Of a DNA stretch of 64,000 nucleotides, positions 57,841 to 64,000 are shown piece by piece. Below the pieces are notes generated by a model. It had not been told where the DNA came from, searched no databases, and saw only the letters and a program-made list of their open reading frames with translations. Source of the DNA: Eledone cirrhosa (Eukaryota); assembly GCA_964016885.1 (NCBI GenBank), contig OZ024745.1, positions 127,906,001-127,970,000 on the forward strand. Reading direction: 5' to 3'. A program made the position numbers and the translations under genes. Position 1 is the first letter of the stretch. Every line of letters starts with the position of its first letter.

Positions 57841-57987
57841 AAACCAAAACTTCTCTGATAACCTTGTGATAAACAGGGAAACTCCAGGGTAACAAGACTC
57901 ACTTTTCAGCCTTAATAATAATAATAATAATTGTTTCTACATTTAGCACAAGGCCAGCAATACCCAGTAGGTTACTGGTACTTTATT

Positions 57988-58090
<103 letters not shown>

Positions 58091-58197
58091 GAAAAATGAT
58101 CTATTAAATCATATTTAATTCCTTACACATATATACTATCATATATAATTCTCCATTTTCTGTTGACTATTTATAGTTTTACCTTTGCTATATATAT

Positions 58198-58253
<56 letters not shown>

Positions 58254-58940
58254 TTATGTTTCCAAGAATGTATGTAAATATGTATGAGTATCCGCATGCA
58301 TCTATGTATGTGTATGTGTGTAATATTTTATCAGTTCTACTCATGAACCGAGTTTATCTGGATTACAAGGGGACTTGTCCCATGCTTCTTTGTTGGCCTT
58401 AAGCAATATACTTGTTTTTGATATTACATATTTTTTATAAATTGTGAGACATATTCCTCGCCCAGCATGGCCGAATGGTTAAGAAGTGCGCTGGAAATCA
58501 TAAGGTCTCGGGTTCGATCAACCCAAGCTGTGTGAGTTGAATTGTATAGATGCAATCTGTTTAGAAGCTCGACGGATGGATTGTACCTCCAATTCAAAAT
58601 ATTAGCCTTGTCATATACGGTGTCGTTTTGAATCCTTTTAAGGGTTATGTTAAGTCTATTCATGTGGGTAGAATGTACAACCTTGTGTACGTTAACTTCA
58701 TTAATATTTCCTTTTGTTTATCGAACAGCAGGTAAAATCGTCATCGAAGCTGATGGTGGTCCTTTGAATATGATATATACGAAAGTTTAATTTCGTTAGC
58801 AAAATATCTTTCTATGCCACTTGAAAGCTTGAAATTATATTACAAATATTTTCATTGGACAGACAAAAGGCAGTTTTAGCATCTAACGGCTTTCAACCCT
58901 CGATATATTCAGACCATAGATCCTTGTTGTGTTTCCTCCA

Positions 58941-59112
58941 CGGTAGAGGGTCGGACGCCATACTTTGACGCATAGAGTTACGGCCCTTTCCATTCTGAGT
59001 TCAAATCCCGCCGAGGTTAACTTTGCCTTTCATCCTGACGGGGTCGATAAAATAAAGTACCAGCAATGCACTGGGATAATTGCTGGCCCTGTGCCAAAAA
59101 TAGAAACAATTA
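58941..59112 (+). mobile_element. SINE family 1
   Basis: Colinear with 377-563. Confidence 0.9.
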
Positions 59113-59440
59113 ATTCATGACCGATGTAGTTCCGAAAAAAAAAAAAAAACTCTTCTACAAAAGTTTTAATAAAAAAACATGCGATTGCTTTAGGCTTCCC
59201 GAGATTTTCCAGACATCTGCCATGTGGTTATGCGAAGGTAATCAGATGCTTACTGGATGCTAAACAGGTGACGTGACAGGATATTACAAACACAGACACT
59301 GAATAGGGCGAGAAATATAGCTGTATTTCAGATCAATGAACTCAGATAAGGCGAGTGAAAGAGGACGTGTGTTGGCTCATTTAAGTAATGCATCATAAAT
59401 TTTAAAAACCATTCATATGCATATTTCCATACAAACATAC

Positions 59441-59547
<107 letters not shown>

Positions 59548-59588
59548 ATATCTATATAAATATATATACATATACACATATATATATA

Positions 59589-59621
<33 letters not shown>

Positions 59622-59658
59622 CATATATACATGAACACACACATAAATATATGTATAA

Positions 59659-59742
<84 letters not shown>

Positions 59743-60069
59743 TGCTGTGTATATGTGCATGTGTTTGAATATATGATACAAACTAAACAAACTTCTAGGT
59801 AGAGATGCATTCTCGTGGTCCTTTAAACAAACATCCCACTTTTATATATATATGCAAATATTTTTTTCTTCCCACATGGAAGACGTATAAAGAAGAAAAT
59901 TGAAAATGCACTTGGAATCTTTCAGAAGATTTATTCTTATCAACTTTATAATTTTCACAATTTTATGACTTTCAACAGTAATGTGTGATGGAGGAAAGTA
60001 GAACTATGGAGTAACATTGTTACCTATGACCACAGCGTGAATATCTGGTGTGTATTTTTATGGAATATT

Positions 60070-60530
60070 CCTATCATTTGAAGGCTAAGATCTTTGATAC
60101 TTACATCCTACTAGTTGTGTTATATGGTCTTGACTGTGTTAATTGGACGACAAGGTCACTTCAGAAGCTCTCTACATTCCAGAACCACATCATGAGACTT
60201 ATGACTGGCAAGCGGCTCAGCGACCATATATGTATCAGTGAGCTGCTCAACATTACCAAGCTTAGACCAATTACATCAATTGTCAAGTGAAGAGTACTCA
60301 AACTATACGGTCATATAAAAAGATCAACTCGTGGTGTGAGTAGGTTATGTCTGGAAGGAAGGTTGGCTGGTAGGAGAAGCAGAGACCGGCAGCCAAAACG
60401 GTGGCTTGATAATGTCAACTTATGGACTGGACTTGATCTTTGCTCTTTAAACTCTGCTGCTGGTGATCGAACTTTGTAGCGAGAGATATCTCATGTTAAT
60501 GCGCAGTCTGCAAATGGCGGAGTTTAGCGT
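60070..60530 (+). pseudogene. RTE-clade LINE C-terminal fragment
   Basis: LKAKIFDTYIL..LYGLDCVNW..LKLYGHIKR..LEGRLAGRRSRDRQPKRWLDNV with in-frame TGA at 60288. Confidence 0.8.
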
Positions 60531-60784
60531 CACAAGAATTATGGAAAATCTATGGATGAATTTGCATTCTGTTTAAGATAGAGTCTGATTGGTTGAGGAT
60601 GGTCACAGAATACTTGTTTTGACTTCAATGGCAAAGTTTACAGACTAAATTCTAGGCCAGCGGTAGGTACAGGAGTTGATCCATTGTAGTCCTGCCATAA
60701 GTAAAAATTAAAATATATGAATCATCTAGATTAAAATACGGTTTGAACCTTCTTACATATTCACCAGACTACTGGAAACGTTAC

Positions 60785-61240
60785 TTAGATGACTGCCTTT
60801 GACGAAGCCTGAAGATCGACCGACAGTGAGTGGGCCTGAAGGAGGTGGGCTCCGATTTTAGGCTGATGCACATCAGCGACGGTGAATGTCCATATATATT
60901 CATGAGAACCTATGTTGAGGAATAGACAGCAGTGTCCATAAGCTTTGATTGTTGAAATATTGGCGGCTGCCAAAGGTTGACACCACTCTTCGTCACTGAG
61001 CTTTTTTTATAGATGACGAGATGGCGCTGACTTCTGCTTCTGTGTCAATTACGAATCTTTGTCCAAAGGTCGATTGTAGACACATAGAAGTAGTTGATTC
61101 AGTTTTCCAGCTGCCTGATTGTTTATCGGCGGCCGGCCCTGCAGTTTTCTGGATTCGATGGGGAAGACCTCTTAATTCTGTATGGTTCTTAACACTTGGT
61201 AGCGTTTAGTCCAAATCTCTTGAAATAGAAACACTCACTA
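60785..61240 (-). pseudogene. Ty3/Gypsy gag-protease remnant
   Basis: CFYFKRFGLNATKC (decayed knuckle), FVIDTEAEVSAI (retropepsin DTG motif mutated), AANISTIKAYG..WTFTVADVHQPKIGAHLL. Confidence 0.8.
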
Positions 61241-61374
61241 TGTCTTGAGGTTGACCTCATGACGTTTATTGTAATGCATGAAGACAAAAGATGCTACTCT
61301 AAAAGTATTGATAGTGTAACTCAATGGAAATTCTACGGGTAGTTTTAGTTGTCGGTGAGTTTATCATTAATTTA

Positions 61375-61729
61375 ATTGATACTACTTTTGACACAAGGCC
61401 AGCAATTATATCAGTGCATTACTGGTACTTTTTTATCGACCCCGTATGGATGAAAGGCAAAGTTAACCTCGGCGGGATTTGAACAGACCGTAAATTTAAG
61501 CTGGAAAGCATGGCGTCCGACCTCTTCCGATACTTTTAATCCATTAATTTAATTGTTTCTACTATTGGTACAAGGCCAGCAATTACCCAGTACATTACTG
61601 GTACTTTATTTTATCGACCCCGTAAGGATGAAAGGCAAAGTTAACCTCGGCGGGATTTGAACTCAGAATGGCAAGGGCCGTAACTCTATGCGTCAAAGCA
61701 TGGCGTCCGACCCTCTACCGATAATGCCA
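61375..61729 (-). mobile_element. Two tandem SINE family 1 copies (61375-61535, 61550-61729)
   Basis: Reverse complement of 377-563. Confidence 0.9.
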
Positions 61730-62185
61730 CCTACTTATACATGAAGATATTAGATAATATGAAATAACTTAGTTTTATATTTAAGATTACCAATTTGTTT
61801 ACTTTCAAACTTTAATGAATTCAGAGAGACGTCTCATTGATTTAAATTATAATTCTCAATTAATATAGACTAAATACAGATAATTAATACAGACTAAACG
61901 CATTAGAGTGGAAACTAAATTCTAAAAAACGGAATTTGTGACCTAGGCTCCAACAGATTATTCTAACTCTTTAATTATTGTTAATTAACTCATTTTCTCC
62001 GCATATAGTGTTTGGTGAAAATCATATACATTATAATTGATATGAAGTCTGTTATCAATGTGAAAATGTATTATTATTAAACTCGCTGTTAAATCAGACA
62101 TTAGAGCGACGAACAACAACAAACGATGCCTAATGGTATTGCTCAATGCTCTAACCACTAAGCCATGCGCCTTCACATGGGCTGT

Positions 62186-62300
62186 CAATCGAAAGGTTGT
62201 GAGTTCAATTCTCAAACCGGGTGATGTGTTGTTTCCTTGAGCAAGACACTTTATTTCACGTTGCTCCAGTTTACTCAGCGGTAGAAATGAGATGATAGGA
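62186..62300 (+). mobile_element. SINE family 2 (CORE-like)
   Basis: gagttcaattc B box, ccttgagcaagacactttatttcacgttgctccagt. Confidence 0.7.
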
Positions 62301-62389
62301 CTGGGGTCCCTATCATTAAATCACCCAAGACACATCCAACGAGATATACCTTGGAGGAGGCCAGCTAAACCTGCATAGGTGTGAGCTGT

Positions 62390-62420
<31 letters not shown>

Positions 62421-63027
62421 GTATTACAATTCGTCATGCTAGGTTCTAACTTTAAAATTGATTTATATCTTAATCCTTCCAAGATCGATAAAATAAGTCA
62501 AATATCGGATTGGAATCAATTACACCAACACACCAAAAAGTATATTTGGTGGCTTCAAGTTAAAAAGATAAAATATACAATGAAAAAAAAAAGGAACATA
62601 TCAAAGATTATGTGCAGAAAGGTTACATATTTCTTCCTTTACTACTATACTAATATATTTCAACTTGTGCTTTTTATTGAATTGAATATAACCAATAATA
62701 TAATGATTACGACTAGTTTCTTCAAATGTCAGTAATTTCATTTGATAGGCTGGAAGCTACTGATAAGAAGAGTCAGGCCGAAAATATAGAATTTTGAAGT
62801 GAAGTTTCTTTCTTTTAGAAGAGGGTTGGATGTTGGTGTATAGAACCTCCGAAAACCTTATTCTTTATTTCGTATCATCGTTTAAGACCTTACACTTCTT
62901 TCACATTTATTTCCATCGATAACAATTACTCATTAATCAGAGTAGATATCTATATATTTCTTTTTACACACTTGAAGTAAGCAAACACGTCTATATTTTC
63001 ACCGTTAAAGGCATCGTAATACTTACA

Positions 63028-63215
63028 TAATTGTTTCTACTTTAGGCAAAAGGCCAGCAGCAATTACCCAGTACATTACTGGTACTTTATTTTATCGACC
63101 CCGTAAGGATGAAAGACAAAGTTAACCTCGGCGGAATTTGAACTCAGACTGTAAAGGGACGTAACTATGCTAGAAAGCATGGCGTCTCACCCGCTACCGA
63201 TACTGCCAATTCACC
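63028..63215 (-). mobile_element. SINE family 1
   Basis: Reverse complement of 377-563. Confidence 0.9.
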
Positions 63216-63509
63216 GTCGTAATACTTACATAATGTTTTCTATATTCATTAATAGATTGCTTTAATTTAGCCTTAAAGAATATGAATGTTTAGAAACATT
63301 ATTTCATAGGTTTTCTTTGGACCTAATTGACCATGAGTATGAGCCTAGAAAGATCCTCTTCGGTGCACAAGCCCGGACAAATTATTTTTGTGGACGTCCC
63401 ACAGTCACCCATGCATAACTGCCTGTCTTCTCCAAGTCAACGATTTTGTCCAAGGAATAGGCAACTAGTTTGTTCCACCTGTGAACTGAGTGAACTGAAA
63501 AACAAAACA

Positions 63510-63610
63510 AAATAAAACGTTTGCTCAAGGACCCCAAACACCGTCCGTTCCGGGAATCGAAGCCACAAGCTCACGATTGTGAGTCAAACGCTCTATCCAC
63601 TACAACATGC
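63510..63610 (-). mobile_element. tRNA-like SINE head (family 2 related)
   Basis: Minus strand gtagtggatagagcg..gcttcgattcccgg..ccttgagcaa. Confidence 0.6.
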
Positions 63611-64000
63611 ATTTGAAAACGTTACTACCATTTACTTAAGACATTGTATTGATTTCTAGTTTTGGTGCAACGCTACAATTTTGGTGCATTTTATTATATT
63701 TACTAGTACTTCAAAAGTTTATGCCGATTAAAGCTCCCTTGGGGATAAACAATAGCAACTGGTACTCATTTTATTCACTACGGAATTATATATAATACAG
63801 ACGACCGCAGCTGGATTTCAAATCTGTCAGTAAAACAAAGATCAGCACTGTCTTAATATTTCTACAGTAACAATTATTAGCTTATAAATTTCCGATTGAA
63901 GAATATAAAATTCAGAATTATATCAACGTGTCCATTGTGATGTTTCAGTTTAGATTTCACCTACTATCAAATATTTACAAATTAAAATATTATATTTTCG

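Overview
AT-rich, microsatellite-saturated eukaryotic DNA with no recognisable host protein-coding gene; the SINE families and (TA)n/(CA)n density suggest a mollusc, most likely an octopus (inference). Almost every supplied ORF is a translated microsatellite. Real content: (i) a near full-length but disrupted Penelope-like element (RT + C-terminal GIY-YIG, minus strand, 6407-10302) with an inverted terminal copy carrying a type I hammerhead ribozyme; (ii) about 20 hammerhead motifs (hand count, some degenerate) from roughly a dozen sequence families, mostly in short fold-back elements sitting in (TA)n tracts, including core variants (U3-A8 covariation, U4C, U4A, A6U) and very long stem II insertions; (iii) about 16 copies of a tRNA-derived SINE plus a second SINE family; (iv) remnants of R4/Dong-like, Tx1/L1-like, RTE and CR1-like LINEs, a Gypsy gag-protease, a Tc1 transposase and several MITEs. 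All folds and alignments were done by eye; coordinates may be off by a few bases and no ribozyme activity is demonstrated.
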